64,000 nucleotides of DNA from Lama guanicoe (lineage: Eukaryota), in the NCBI GenBank assembly GCA_013239625.1, contig MU056063.1:8804122-8868121 (forward strand). The letters are read 5' to 3'. This document shows positions 48,716 to 63,100 of this stretch, piece after piece. Under the pieces are notes generated by a model, which had not been told where the DNA came from, searched no databases, and saw only the letters and a list, made by a program, of their open reading frames with translations. Position numbers and translations under genes: made by a program. Positions within the stretch are counted from its first letter, which is position 1; the number at the start of each line of letters is the position of its first letter.

Positions 48716-51439
48716 TACAGAAAGATAAATATTCACTCCGTTTTGAGACCGAAATCACTTTTTCTCCCATGAGAACCAGCTGGCAATTCAGGGAAAATGT
48801 TGGGTCAAAGTCAGGGTCTGGCTAGTCCTAGGACTCTCCCGGGGTCGCGGCCAGTGGGTGACGATGCCTGGCCGGCCGTGTGGAGTCCAAGAGCCGCAGT
48901 CCTGCTGTGGCAGAGGAGGCCTGGTTCCTCCGTGAGCTCTGAGAGCTGCCTGAGTGTGAGTCCCCAGGTCAGGATGTTCTAGTGATGTCCTTGGGCCCTG
49001 GGTTCCAGGAAAGGTGCTGGTGGTGAGCACGTGATGGGGGAGCCTCAAGACCCCGGCCCTCCCTCCCGCAGGAAGGTCCTGGGCTCAGGCTGGAACTCCT
49101 GACTGAGCCCCTCCTTGGTGAAGTTCCCCCCTGCCGTCCCCTCCTGGTCTCAAGGGGCAGCCACCCTATCCCAGGGCCCATCCTGATGCAGGCTCATATC
49201 CCTGCCCACTGGCTGATGGCCAGGCGGGGGCCAGGCTCCTCCAGCGCCCAGGCGGGTGGTCAGGGAGGAGGGGAGATGGGTGACCCGGCCTGCGGACCCC
49301 TGTCTGCTGCTTCTCCCAGTGTCCAGCGCGGGCACTCCGCTCCTTCCGCGCTGGCACTGAAGGAGCTGTTTCGCTTGGGAACCACGTTCCCTGGGGACCT
49401 GCTTAACTAAGTCCCCGTTCGCACGGAGCCCCAGCTCGTGTGGCGGGTTTCTCTCGCTGGAGCTATTTTTGGGTCCTTGTCTGGAAAGATGCCTCTCTCC
49501 CCGCAGGCAGCCTCTGACTGCGCCAGGTGGCTCCGTGTAGCGTCTTAGTTTTCAGAGCACTTGCTATTTTCGGTTTCTCAGGTACTCACTTGACCTGGAA
49601 TTCTGATAAGGTGTTTAAAATAGCCTCTGGGCCGCCCGTGGGCTGTTGGACTTCTGAACTTACTGTGCTGCACTTGCTTGACTCTGAAGCAGAGTAAGCC
49701 CGGTGACGGAAGCTTCCTCGGTTCCCTCCCTCCTCCGGGCGCTGACTCGCCTGGCTGCCAGCACCCGTCCCACAGTGGAAAGGGAGGGTGACGTGTCCAT
49801 CTGCAGGCCTTCTGGAAGCTTCCTGGGACCTGTGTTTGCTGATCTGAGGACACGCACTTTTCAAAAGCGGGAATCCCTGTATGTTAACGGTGCACAGCTG
49901 CCATCTTCAGACCATCTTGTTCGAAGCCTCTCAGGGGCCAAGAAGGGCTGGGTCTCATTCAAGGTCACGAGCTGGTCTGGCGGGGGAGCCGGCTATCTGG
50001 AACCCCCGTCTACCCTGGAGGCATGTCAAGCGGCTGTAGGGGTGGTCTTTCCCGGGATATCGCAGGCCACCTCGGAGAGTGGGGGTGGAGGCTGACTGCG
50101 GGCCACACTGGGCCGCCCTCACCCTGTGGCCCAGCGTGTGGCCCTGGCCAGGGTCCTGCCCTGGTGTTTGCGGTCGTTTGACCCCTGCTGTGCCGCCCTC
50201 AGCCTGACCGTGGTTCCTGCTGCCTCCCTGGGGCAGCCAGGTTTGGTGGCACTAGACCAGCTCCTAGGGCGTGTGCTGGGAAGGCCCGGCTTTGCCCTGG
50301 GTGAGGGCGGCCCAGGTTGCCGGCCTGGATCTGGACGGTACTCCCAGGACCAGCCGCGCACCTGCGAGGCCGTCGCCGTGCTGTGGCCATGGACCCACCT
50401 GAACCCGCTGGGTCTGGGCAGTGACGTTGGTGGACCCTGGGATGACTTGTGCGGGGGGCGGGAGAGTCCCCGGCAGGACCTGCCCCCACCCTTTCAGGCC
50501 TCTTGGTGCCGGGGCTCAGCAGGGGGTCATACTGACGCCCATGGCCTGACTCTGACTTTTGGGGCCACACCCCTGGTGGGGCTCTTGCAGACAGGTGCAG
50601 GCGAGCCCGGAGTGTCCTCTGCTGCTCTGGACACAGCACAGTGGCCTCTGGGCCCCGGGCCCCGTAGTCCTGGTCACGGTTAGCTATCAGCCGTGCAGGG
50701 CACTGTCTCCTTGCAGAGGAGTCCACGGGCACAGAAAGACGGCCGCCGTGCCATCTGGAGGGGGAGCCAGACCGTCCTGCCTTGGCCACCTGCCAGCTTC
50801 CTGTCCTGAGGCAGGGGATGGCCTCTCGGGGGCCCATCTTCAGTGAAGGAGGAGGCCAGGCTCTTCCCTAGGAGCAAACAAGGCCCCGTTCCTGGAAGAG
50901 ACTCGGGACTCAGACGCCCAGGTGCCCAGCAGGTAACAGAGCACCAGGGGCTCTCGAGGCCCCCAAGCTGGAGGTTTCACGCTCTTAATGATCCCTGATT
51001 TGTGTTTTTGGTGGACAGTGGACCTGCCGGAACCTGACGCCTGGGCTCCTATTGTGGTCCCCCGCCCAGCAGGGCTCCCCGGAGTCTTCAAGACTCTGCG
51101 CTGGCCCTTCCTGGACCTCCAGTCCCAGTGTGTGGGGTTCACCTCTCAGTCCCCCGAGCAGCCCCTTCGGAGGTCCCTCCTGGATGCAGGGTGAGTCGCT
51201 TCCGGGACCTTCTGCGACCGTGACATTGACTGAGTGTGTTGTAAATGAAAAGATAAAATAACTCCCCCATGATCTCACCCCATGAGATCACAGCTACAGT
51301 AGCGTATACGTGGTGGTAAAATTTATGGCCCCAAAGAATAGATTCTTCAACAATGCGAGACGAGGTGATTTAAACATCCAGGGGACAAATGATCTAAAAT
51401 CAGACTCTGAGCTGGCATGTGGGTAGAGGGGCAGGACGG

Positions 51440-51560
51440 GCTGTCTCACAGGGGTGGGGGCCCTTGCATGTGCCCCCCAGGGCTTTGTCAATGTCTGGAG
51501 ATGGTTTGGTGGCCCCAGCCCAGGGAGGTGGACTGGCATCTGGTGGGTGGGACCAGGGTT
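51440..51560 (+). mobile_element. MER20-like remnant
   Basis: ccccccagggctttgtcaatgtctggagatggtttggtgg...actggcatctggtgggtgggaccaggg. Confidence 0.6.
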
Positions 51561-54500
51561 CACAGCCAGAGCCGAGCTCAGACAGAGGTCCCCAGAGGGC
51601 AGGGGTGAGGCTCAGCATCGCCCTGTGTGCCCTGGCATGGCGGCCAGGTCCTCTCACTCGCCTGCTCTGACCCTGCACATCCCTCTCAGGAGGACCTCTG
51701 CCTCCTCCCTCGTGCATTTGGGCTGCACCAGGAGGGGCTAAAGCCTCCAGCCCGCCTGGCGGTGACCGCTCTGAGGACAACACACAGCTATCGACCTGGA
51801 AAGATGTTCTCTATGTGGAGTGGCAATATTACCGGTTCTAGGAAACCTCAGGAGGCTGTTAGCAATAGCCAGACCTTCTGCCTCACACCAGCCCGACGGG
51901 AATGTTTTCAAACAAGGAGAAAAGATGAAAAAACCTAGTGAAGCCCTGTGCCCCGTCACTTGTATTCAACTGCTAATTTTGCCACGGTTTCTTTGTCTGT
52001 CTGTACGCCTGTCCATCTTGGTTGAACTGTGAAACAAGGCTTTCATTCTGCAGTGCGGTGTTGCTTCTGCCCCAGATGGTCCAGCGTCTCCGGAGTCGTC
52101 CCTGCACGAGAACCAGCGAGAACTTATCAGACCAACACCTGGTCCACTTTGGGTCTCCCCACTTGTCCCTTAAAAAACCTCCTTGTGGGTTTTGTTGAAA
52201 GTAGGCCTGTTCTTTCTTTTCCTTCTTACACGGCTTTGAGGGCTCTGATCCAGGTAATCCCAGGCCTCTGACCCCTGGGACGCCAGGGCCACTGCCACCT
52301 GGGGACACCCCCGCCGTCCTGACCAGATGGAGCTGCCCTGTGTGGGACCCCAGATCGAGGACGTCTCCGCAACCCTGCTCTCTGAGGCCTCCACCCTCAG
52401 TGACACCAAGCCTCTTGTTTTGTGAAACGTCCCCGTTCTGGGTTTGTGGGTCATTTTGGTGGCATCTTTCTCTGAACTGGAGGTGGGGCCAAACCATAGG
52501 CTTTCTTATGTCCCAGGTAAATAACTGTGGAAGAGCGACACGTATGACTGTTTCTGCTCACGATGAAAATCACTTTTGTGGGTGAGAAAGCGGGTGCCTC
52601 ATTTGTGGATGGACGGCCCCGACTGCGGGGCTCGCAGGCTTGTCTGCTGGCCGGGCCAGGCAGGGGTCCCCTCCGAGTCCCTCCCCAGCCCTCTGCAGAA
52701 GTGATACCTGTCTGTGCAGGTACCTCGGGCCTCGGCTGACGGCCCTCCTCTCCTCTGTTTTCCATGGAAACCACCTGCGGGTTATGGGTTGTTTGTTTAC
52801 TTGGAGGAAATGTAGGCGGGTGACTCAGCTCCAAGCAGAGCTGAGATGGTATGTCTGGAGGCCTGCTGGCTGTTGGGACCTCAGGGCATCACGTGGCCTC
52901 GGGTCCCTTGTGACTGAAAATGTGTGGGTGGAGGGTCCCCTCCGCACCGGATCCCACAGGGCATCGGAGGTTATTCCTGGGGCTTGTGGGCGTTCTGACT
53001 ACGGTCCTGACCTGGGAGTTGCGGTCACCATTGTGAGCGCTGACCCTGTGCTGGTGGCCCCAGATCCCCCTCCAGCCCCGGGCTTGCGGTGGGTTCCGAA
53101 GGGCCCTATGTTTGGCTGAGCTCTGCCTCTGGAGGGCGGAGCTGCAGGTGAGCCCTTGGTGCTGGGGGGACGTCCTGGTCGCTAGGAGCGGGGGTGGGGG
53201 CTGAGGGTGAGGTGCAGGGGTGGAGGTCTGAGCCTCATGCCTGTGATCACACTGCAGTCCAGTGTGAACAGAGATCTGTTTACAGAGGCTCATTTTCACG
53301 CACTGCGGTGGTTATTTCTGGATCATTCTGGTGTATGGTAGTCATTAGGGTAAGCCGTGTATCTGATTAAATAAAGAATTTGTCTCTAATTTATTCCAAT
53401 TTAAAGATGTCTCCTGTGTTCTCTTGTCTCTGGGGGAGGGGAGGCAGGTTGCTATGGAGACAGCACAAGAAAAAGTGACAGCAAGAAGGCTCGGCTTCGA
53501 TGTTGGAAATATTTGTGATGCAGGTAATTGTACGTGTAACGGTGTCGTGCGGCAGTCATCCGCCTTGAAGTCGTGTGTCATGGAATTTTATGGTGAAGCA
53601 GTGTTGCCATGAGGAAGCAGAGACAGTTTGTGTTGTTAGGATGTTGCAGTCGTGAACGTTAAAGGTTTGAGGGAGACTGAAATTGTTGAGGGTTGGTGGG
53701 CGGCTGCCGCTCGAGGCAGTGTGACCCCCACAGAATTTGGAAATAAACCTGAGACTCGCCTGAGACTGACTTGCAGGTGGGATTTCGTCGGTGCCTGAAA
53801 GCAGCTTCACTCTGGGAGATGAGTGATTTTGACCCATTTTTCCTTCTATCTCATTTTAATCAAACTGTATCTCACGTTTTGGGGACCAATTAACAGTGAC
53901 CCAAGCTGCTTCCGTCTGTCCTCATGTCTCTGGCGTTTCTTGTAGTTTTGCTCTAGTTTGGATTCTGCCTTTTGTCCACAGCCCAGCCCATGTTGGAATT
54001 CTGATGCTCTTTAAGGGAAGGGGCGCTTCCTTGTGGACCAGGTCAACCTGACGGCTCAGTGAACGCTCGCCGAATGCCTGCGCCAGGCGCTCAGTCCATC
54101 TTCGTGGGGTTCACGCTCCAGGTCCAAGGTCGCTGGGACATGAGGTCACTGTCGGGGTGGGGGGTGTCTACCACACAGCCATCGGTTCCCAGCCTGGCTT
54201 TTGTGGAACCTCTTGATTAATGATGCTGGAAGCCCAGGAAACAGCAATTTAATGAGATTCACAATGATGCTACTTTGGGGGTGTGGGAATTCAGCAGGGA
54301 GAGCATAGCCGTGTCCATGGGAAGCAGAGGACACTGCCGGCCGCTTGTGGTGTCCGGCCAGGTGCTGGGGGGGGGCATCGGACAGGTGGGGGCGGGCTAG
54401 CAGAGGACACCGTGGTGTAAGAGTGCTAAGGGGACAGCCGTGGGCTCCAACACCACCCCTCTGTGCCTCTTCCTGGGCCTGAGCCAGGACCCTTGGATCC

Positions 54501-55229
54501 AAGACATGGGGGCCTGCGAGGGAGTCCAGGGGGAGTGGTATTCCGAGAGGGCAGAGGACGCAGCGGGAGAGCTCAGGGGAGCCCGGGGCCTGCTGAGTAG
54601 ATGCATCGTGGAGATGCTCTTGGCTGCGAGTAGCAAAAACCAGCTGGACGTGGTTTGGGTCACAGGGAGACTCAGTCTCCCAGGCAAGGACTCTGGGAGC
54701 ACGTGGTCCAGCACTGGTCCTGGGCTCAAGGACGTCTCCAAGGACAGGGCGTGCTGCAGGGTGTGTCCTTTGAGGACGAAGGGCTGACAGCCCAGGCGTT
54801 GTGTCCTGTGGTGACCAGGACTCGTGGTGGGAAGGCCGGGCAGGGGCTCTGGGAACGGCCCTCCATCCAGGCTCCGAGCGGATCCCCCGTGGCCGGCTGC
54901 AGCCCCGAAACGTGTAGGGGGAGATTCTAGGCGTCAATCTCCGGCTCTAGGAAGCCCTGGAATTTGGGGCTGGAGGCCATGCTCCATATGGAGGTGGTTG
55001 GGCCCACTCGACAGAGGGGAAGTCAGGCCCCGGGAAGGGCAGATGCCCTGAGATGCCTGGTGTCCAGCCCAGACGGCCATCGAGATGCAGAAAGGGCAGA
55101 AATGACCCTGAAGCCTGCGGGGGTGGTTGAACTGGGGCTGCAGACTCTCTAGGGACTCCTGCCCTGGTCAGGTGTCCTCACCTGTGCCAGAGGTGGGCAG
55201 AGCTCTGTAGTCACACGCTTACTTGACTG

Positions 55230-55510
55230 TCTGCAAAACTTTTTCCTCTTATAAAACTGAAACTCTGTCTCTATCACTTACTCACTCCTCTGCCCCCTCC
55301 CCCAGCCCCTGGCCCTACCACCTACTTTCTGTCTCTTGGGGGTTGACTCCTCTAGGTCCTCACATAATTGGAATCAGATAGGATTCATCCTTCTGGTTTA
55401 TTGCACCAAGCATAGTGTCCTCGCGGTCCACCTGCACCATGTGTCAGAATCTCCCTCCTTTTCAGGACTGACTAATATTCCGTTGTATGTTGGGACCACA
55501 TTGCTGGGTT
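55230..55510 (-). mobile_element. L1MB-type 3' UTR fragment
   Basis: aaaactgaaactctgt...ccccagcccctggc...ctactttctgtctct...ttgactcctctaggtcctcacataa...tgtgtcagaatctccctccttttcaggactgactaatattcc. Confidence 0.8.
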
Positions 55511-58500
55511 GCTTTTGCAAGCATTTTTGTAAGCTATTCCGGGAGCAGTAACTGGGTACAATTCTGTTTTTCCTTGAAGCTTCTGAGCATGTTTTATTCT
55601 TATTTTTAGTGTGCGGCATGTCCTTGGAGAACCCGGTACCATCTGTAGATGCAGAGCTGGGGCTGCAGTTACCGCACCACGAGTGTGGTGGCAGCCCGGG
55701 TTCCCACAAGTGTGTTATGTGCTCTTCTGGGTCACTGTCCAGTTCCAGGCCAGGCCCGGCGGCATCAGGCGTCCCGGTCCTGACCTCACTCACTCTGACA
55801 GCTCCTCTCTCCGGGTGAAGGTTGGAGGCTTGACTGAGAGGCAGGCTCGTCCCCAGACCTCAAGTGTCTTGTCCCTCTGTCAGCCTCCCTCCACCGACTG
55901 CCCACACGGTGCAGTTTGGTGGACAGAACCAGTCCACGGAACGGGAACAGAAGCATGAGAGGGAGAGAAATGGACCAAGGGCGGGAGGAAGCCAGAGTTC
56001 CCAGGCCCTTGGGGAGGCGGGCTGTGTTTTAGCATCAAGTAACCAGGGGGATCAGTCATCACAGAAGACCGTGTGCCGGCTGGTGGAGGGCGGGCGGGGC
56101 CTGTTATGGCCCAACCCTGGGGGCTGAGTCTCTCCACCTGTGACCCAGACCCCACATGCACCCTCCGTGCCTCTGGCCGTGGCTTGGACCCAGCAGGGCC
56201 AGTGTTGTCACACCTGATGGTCTGGGCTACAAATGCAGCTGCGGCTTTAAGAAAAAAGTCTTTGTTTTTGGAAGAAAGCTGGGACCTTCAGCAAACAGGT
56301 CCCAAAGCCCTTCGACCTGGGCTGCCTCCTAATGGGGCTGGGCCTGACCTGACTGTCCCCAGGGTCATCCCAGGGACACTTAGGTGCTTATGTCTGTGAA
56401 CCCTCTGAAAGTTCCTTTGAGCTCAGGGCCGGACAGGCCGCAGGGGGCGGGTTTTAAATGTGTGTATTGACTGCATTCATGTATTTATCCTTGTCTTGTG
56501 CTGGTGACCCGCTGCTGAGGGCAGGGGTCCTAGGTGCTGACCCCTCCCCCAGACCCGCATCCCCTCTCCTGCTGCCTGACTCTAACAGTGGAGGGAGGTT
56601 GGTGTCACCCCAAGTCCTCTTCCAGCAGGACGGGTGGCACTTGTCACCCTTGGCCCCACACAGCCCTTGTCCCACAGAAGTGGTCCTGCCGGCACACAGG
56701 TACCTCTGCAGAGGGTCCTGCATCCGTGATGCCGCTCGGGCGGGCCCCTCAGATGCCGCTGGGACCCCACTTCCCTCTGGCCTGGCCTGTCCGCCTGATG
56801 AGCTCTTGCACAGACATGGCTGTCTTGAGAGCTTCCTTCTCTGTACCTTAACCCGGTGTCACCCTGAAGCCTCTCACCAGGAGGGGATGCAGGGGCCACC
56901 CTGAGTAGGACCAAGGTTTCTGGAGGCCCCACATTGCTGTCCAGTGGACAGTCCTTCCCCCGGGGGCGGGGGCTGGGGCTGGTGGCCCCCGGCAGGAGCG
57001 TGGGTCAGGCCCTCCCGTCGAGGCTCTGCTGCCGCCGCGCCTGCTGCCTCCCGGGCTGCGACTGTGGAGGACTGGGCACTGTGGCTTGGTGACCACCACC
57101 TGGGGAGGAGGGACAGAGGCTTTGGGAAACTGGGTTGAGATGGAAAGGGTTTATTCTCCTTTTCTGCCCTGAACGAAACCAGCTTTCTGAGACGTGACGG
57201 GGTCATTCCTGTGATGGAGCGAAAAAGGCACATTTCAGTACTCGGGACGTTTTGTCTCTCCAGCCCTCATTTTTGGGTTTTAAAGAAGGTGTGGATTTCT
57301 TTGACTTCCTCGAAGTTGTCCTTCCTTTGATTTGAAAAGTGAGCTTCTGAGTTGCTGGACGAAATGTTCTGGAAAAGTCTTTGAGTGAAAATGTTCTGTT
57401 CAACAAAACCAGCCTCAGTCCTACCTCCCTTCCGGTGTCTGAGCTCAGGAACCCAGGCGCAGACCAGAGGTGTGTGTAACCGCGCCTTCTGACCCAAATC
57501 GGACAGTGGACTTTCCTCTCCTGTCTTAGTTAGAAAGCAGCACAAAACTGCAGTCCTGCCGCCTGGTAGGGGTGAGTTCACGGTGGCCTCTGCTAGAAAC
57601 AAATCTGAGGTTATTTGCTAAAGAAAACCCCATGATTACTGCAGTCAGAGAGTTGGAATGAAGAAGAGATTAGACCAAGGGGCACATGAGGCCCAAGAGC
57701 CCCTGCCGCCCGAGGTGGGAGGTGAGGACTTGGCACGTCTTCTGAGGTCTAAGCTCAGCGCATCACAGTGAGATGGGAGGGAGAGAGGGCTGCTGGTCCC
57801 AGGTGGATCCCAGAGCTGGATGAGGGCTGGGTTCTCTCGCTGAATGTGGCGAACAGGACGCACCGGAGGTGGAGGTGCAGGCAAGGCTCAGCTCCCCGTG
57901 GACGTTGATCGGGCTCGGTCCCCCGCAGCACTCTGGGGACTCGGATGTTATGTGTGACTTGTGTGTCCTCAGGACGCTCCCAGGGTGGGGCTGATGGGCC
58001 AGGTGGCAGCCCCCCCACGGACACAGGAAGCTGGGTGGCTGGGAGCTGGGCTCGGGTTCGGGTTCAGTGCGGACCCCACTCTGGCACCTCCACCGGCCCC
58101 CGTCCTGAACTGGGCTTCTCCGCCTGATGGTGACAGTGGGGCAGGTGTGGGGGTGGCATGGCCATCCTTCTGGGTGGGGAGGTCTCCATGCCGGCCTCTC
58201 CAGAGCCCGAGTGCGTCCACTCCACTGGCACCGGGGCTCTGCCTTCTCTGCCGGCACCGGAGCTCCGGGACCTACCTCTTCCTTTCTTCTCTGATTTTAC
58301 ACCCTTTAAGGGGATTGGCCCTTTCTTCTCGGGTGGGTGCTGTCTGGGACTCAGGTCCTTACGTAACTGACCTTGATCTGGGTGAATTCCCACTTGCTGT
58401 GTGGTGGGCCGTGGGGAGTCCCAGCCCTCATGTCCCATCCCCCGCCCACAGCAGGGCTGGGGGCCGTCGCCGGGAAAAGCAGATGGCCTTGGGCTTTCTC

Positions 58501-58689
58501 GGAGATGCTCAGAACAGTCACTGACACACTTTGTTCTGACCAGTATTTGTTTTAGGTTCAGTATCTTGTCCAAAGATGATGTGTAACTACTTGGTTTGCA
58601 CCTCTGCATTTTACCAAGTAAAATGTTAAAAAAAAATTTTCACCATCATTTAATAACGAACATTTTAATATCACTGAAGTAGAAAGAGT

Positions 58690-60190
58690 AACCACTTCTA
58701 TTCAGTGTAGGAATGGACATTCTCGCCAGAGAAACTAGGCAAGAAAAAGAAATAAGAGGCATCCAAACTGGAAAGGAAGAAGTAAATTTATGTTTGCAGA
58801 TGACGTGAATGATAGGAAGCCCTAAAGACACCTCAAAAGAAAATATTTAGGACTAATGAATGAATTCATCAAAGTTGCAGAATATGAAATCAACCCTCAA
58901 AATTCAGTTGTATTTCTATACATTTGCAGTAAACAACCTGACAAAGAAATTTAAAAAGCAGTTCAATTTACAACAGCAGCAAAAAGAGTGAAATATACAG
59001 AAATAAATTTAAAGGAGGCAAGAGCTTGTCCGCTGAAAACCACAGAACATTTCTGAGACAAATACGTGGAAAGACATCACTTGCTCATGGACTGGAAAAC
59101 GTAATAGTGTTAAGATGACACTAACTTCCCAAAGAGCAGTCGTTATCAAAATCCCAATGGTGTTTCTTTACAGAAATAGAAAAAGTTGCCCTAAAATTCA
59201 TGTGGAATCTCAGGGGATCCTGAATAGCAAAAATAATCTTGAAAAAGAAGGAGAAAGTTGGAAGACTCACACTCCAGACTGCAGAGCACACCACGAGGCT
59301 TCAGGAATCACACCCGCGTGCGGTGCTGGCCGGAGGAGAGGACCAGGAGGGGCCAGGGGAGCGAGCTCTCACGTGTGGGTGCATCGATCTTCAACGGGAT
59401 GCAGACCATTCAGTGAGCAAAGGACCGTCTTTTCAACAGACGGTGCTTGGAAAGCTGAGGTCCACATGCACAAGAGGGAAGCTGGACCCTCACCTCACAT
59501 CACGTGCAAACTCAGCCCACACTGGGTCAGAGACCTAAACATAGGGCCAAAACCAAAACGTAAGAGTTTTGTAAAACGCTTAGAAGAAAACATGGGTGAT
59601 AATGGTCATGATCTTGGATTGGGCAGTGACTTTTTAGGTATGACACCAGAAGCACAGGCAGTAAATGGAAAAATAGGTAAATTGGATGTTATCAGAATTA
59701 AAAACTTTTGTGCATCAAAGGACATGATAAAGTGAGTAAAAAGCCCACAGCAAGTGGGGACTATTTACAAACCATGAATCCGACCAGGGATTACTATCCT
59801 GAGCACAGAAGCACCCCCTGCAGCGTGACAGCAGCAGCAGCGCGCCAGTCCAGGAACGGGCGGAGAGCTCAAGCAGACGCCCCTCCCCAGAACACACACA
59901 CGCGGCCAGTGAGCACGTGGAGAGACGCTCCGTGTCGCTGATCGTTATGGAGATGCAAATCGAACCACAGCCAGACCCCACCTCACACCCGCCGGGATGG
60001 CCGCTGTCAAGAAACAGGAAACAGCAAATGCTGTTGAGGGTGTGGCGAGCTTGGAACCCTTGTTCAGACTGCTGGAATGAAAAATAGTGCAAAAAATTAC
60101 CACGTGATCCAGCCATCCCCCCCTTATATGCAGGATCTGAGATCAGGGACTGGAAGAGATCCCTGGACACCACGTCACAGAGGCTGGTGC
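58690..60190 (+). mobile_element. Degenerate L1 ORF2 relic (RT domain to C-terminus)
   Basis: ggcaagaaaaagaaataagaggcatccaaactggaaaggaagaagtaaa, then the RT catalytic F-A-D-D codons (58793-58804); later LEENMGDNGHDLGLGSDFLGMTPEAQAVNGKIGKLDVIRIKNFCASKDMI; many frameshifts. Confidence 0.92.
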
Positions 60191-63100
60191 CCCTCCGTCC
60201 ACGACAGGCCGGGCGATGTGGCCGCCGCCTTGGCTGTGTCGGGGGGAGTCCTGGAGGTGCGGGAACAGGGCAGAGGGAGGGCCCACAGCCGGATGTGGGG
60301 GACGCCGTGGCCACGGGCCTCCAGGGTTGCTGTTTGTTGGCTTTTGGTGTTTGGGGTATCAGTCGGAGGAGGGGTGGTGAGCGTGTCTGTCACTGGTGAA
60401 GCCCAGCGGACCTGGCACCTGAGCTTCTTCCCTCTCCGCCCGACAGGCCCCACGGTGCCCACCTGGGCCCCCTTTCCTGGGACGCAGACGGGCCTGGGGC
60501 ACGTTAGGGACTGAATGTTGTGCTTCACTGGTGGCTTCTCTGTGACATCTGGTGGAGGACGACAGGGTGAGGACTCTGCCTCGTGACAGGAGGGCCACAC
60601 TGGCACCGGGAGAGGCTGCTCGCATGGGGAGTTGGAGGAGACCGAGAGGTCAAGTTGGGGAAGGGACCCCTGCTGGCCCCGGTGTTTACTTCCCGGCGCC
60701 CTTGGAGCTGTTTCCTGTTTGTGGCTGAAATGATGTGGATGGACCTGTGAGCCAAGGAAGCAGCCCATGTTGGGGCGGGTCTCACCCGAGGTCAAAACCA
60801 CGGCTGCCTGGCAGGTGGGAGAAGCCCTCGGGGTCCTGTGCTTTTGGCCTGGGTGACCAGGCCAGACTGGAGCAGGGTGGGGGCCAGGGACTCGGCTCCT
60901 GTTTCAAGTACCCAGACTGGGAAGGAGGGGACGTGAGACCGTGCTGCCAGGCTGGCCTCACACAATGTTAGAAACAAGTTAAAAATCTCATTAAATTAAA
61001 ATATAAGATACACACGGGGAAAGATGCTGACAGAGCGTATTTTAGCGGCTGATGTTCTTAATGTATGGAGAATTTGTTAAAAGCGGTTGTTTAAAAGTAC
61101 TGAAAACATGATCATATAAAACAGCAAAGAGCACAAATAATTCCTAATAGAGGAAATGACAGTAGTGAACGTGGGAAAACATTTGGTCTTGCTGATCTGA
61201 AAACGTGGAAAATGGTTGGTCTAAGTAATTAGCCAGACACACATTTGAAAAAAAAAAAAAAACCAATGCGCTGTTTCCCAGCTGGATGACGAATGTGGGA
61301 AAAGGCATAGCCTCCCCGTGCTTGGTGGCCATCATCAGCGGGCGCCGCGTAGGGGACTACGACACAACCCTCAGAACACACACTAACCAAACACTGTTCA
61401 CAGAACGTTCTCATTTCAGCGTCGTGGAAAATTGCAGGCAGCCAACAACAGCCTCCCTGTTGCTAAGAGCGAGGACTGCTAAACTCGGGTACGTGCAGTC
61501 AGTTCTGTGTTGCGCACACAATTTAAATTGATTTGTACTAAGACTAATTCAGTGGAAAAGTGCTGGCTGTTAAAAAGAAACAGGATGCCAACACAATGAC
61601 ATTGATATACACAGTGACAAGGGTAAAATTCATAAAAATGTTGATTGAAAGTCAGACACAGGGGTTAGGGAGTACAGCTCAGAGCACGCTTGGGGCCCCG
61701 AGGGTCCCAGCCTCCAGAAACTCGGCCGGCGACACGCACAGCCTCCACTCTCAGGCAGTGAGGTGGGCGGTGTGGCCCAGGATAGTCCCTCCTGCCGCCA
61801 GCCTCGCGGGGGCTGCGAGCAGAAGCCGCACACCCTGCCCTCTGTGGCCCGCACCGCTGGCCAGCGGTCCTGCTCAGCATCCAGACGCGGCAGCCGGCCT
61901 GCGGACCATCTCCGCTGCAGCCCTCAGCGGTCCCTCGGTGGGCGCGTCTCTGTGGCTCGCAGAGGACGTAGGAGTCATTTTGAGGTGAGAGCCTCCCTCA
62001 CAGGGGCTTCCCCCAGCCCGCGTGAGCCCAGGGGCGGGGAGCTGTCTGGCCCGGGTCAGGCACAGGTCGGACCTGCCAGGTGGGAGGCTCAGGCAAGGGA
62101 GCGCGTGACCCCTCCCCCTGGGGGGGGCCGTCTTACCAGCTCACCCCTCTGCACTTGGTTCACATGCTCTCTTGTTTCCGGCAAGTGTCCACACTCCCTC
62201 CTGCACCAAACCCAGGGGATGGTCAGTCCCTGCCGCAGGTGGCCCTGTTCCCCTGGAGGGCTGAGTGGTCCCATCAGGACATCGCTCCCACCAACACAGT
62301 CCCATTGGTCTCCCGCCCCCGAATGATCTGGTCGGCCCAAAGATGGGGCTACCATGAGGAGGCTTTGAACTTCTGTCCCCAGGAGGGACTCCAGCAATCT
62401 GGACACCCCTCACTCACAACCCTTCGGGCAAGAAAAGGACCCACATCCCAGCCTCATAGGAAAAGAAGGTTCGTCAGGGCAGCCGTCCTGACCTCCTGAC
62501 CATAGGTGCTTTTGCAAACTCCAGTTGGAATCACAGGGCGGCCTGGAGTTCTTCACGAATTGGGGCCACAAACACACAGGTGTTCCCTCTGCAGACCAGC
62601 TCAGGAAGGAGCGTTTAAACACGAAGACGCCAGCTCCCAAAATTGGACGAAGCCAGAATGTGTGTCACCTACAGAGGCGCCATTAAGGAAACGTACCCCT
62701 GTGCCATTGGCACCCAGGCATAAGGACAGAAGTCACTTTTGTCATTTGGCTGACGTGGAGGGGAGTTCTGCGTTTGCTGACAGCTCACTGGGGGCTCTTC
62801 AGGGGGTGTCGTCCCCAGAGGTCCCTCTCTTTGGTGCCGTTTCCTTCCTTGCGTGTGGCGTCCCACTGGGGCGGGGAGATGGCTGTCCCCAGACTTGCCC
62901 GGGGAGAGAGGACAAGGGTGAGGTGGCCAGTGGCCAGAGAGCTGCCCCTTGTTCAGTGGCTCCGGGGACTCTTCCTGCCCACGTGGGGGAAGGTGGACGC
63001 AGGACCACGGGCAGGCGGCGAGTGTCTGCCGGCACAGAGACATGCCTTGACCCGACCCTGTGAATAGACTGACAAACGTGGGCTCGTCGAGGACAGAAAG

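Noticed and set aside
54146-54937. 263-aa - strand ORF and similar 150-210 aa ORFs elsewhere (e.g. 50199-50837, 60175-60801, 5860-6438)
   Set aside because: No recognisable domain, codon bias or splice architecture; chance ORFs in GC-rich non-coding DNA.
59115-59735. 206-aa ORF with L1 ORF2-like C-terminal part
   Set aside because: Mosaic of in-frame and out-of-frame pieces of a frameshifted L1 relic; not an intact or domesticated gene.
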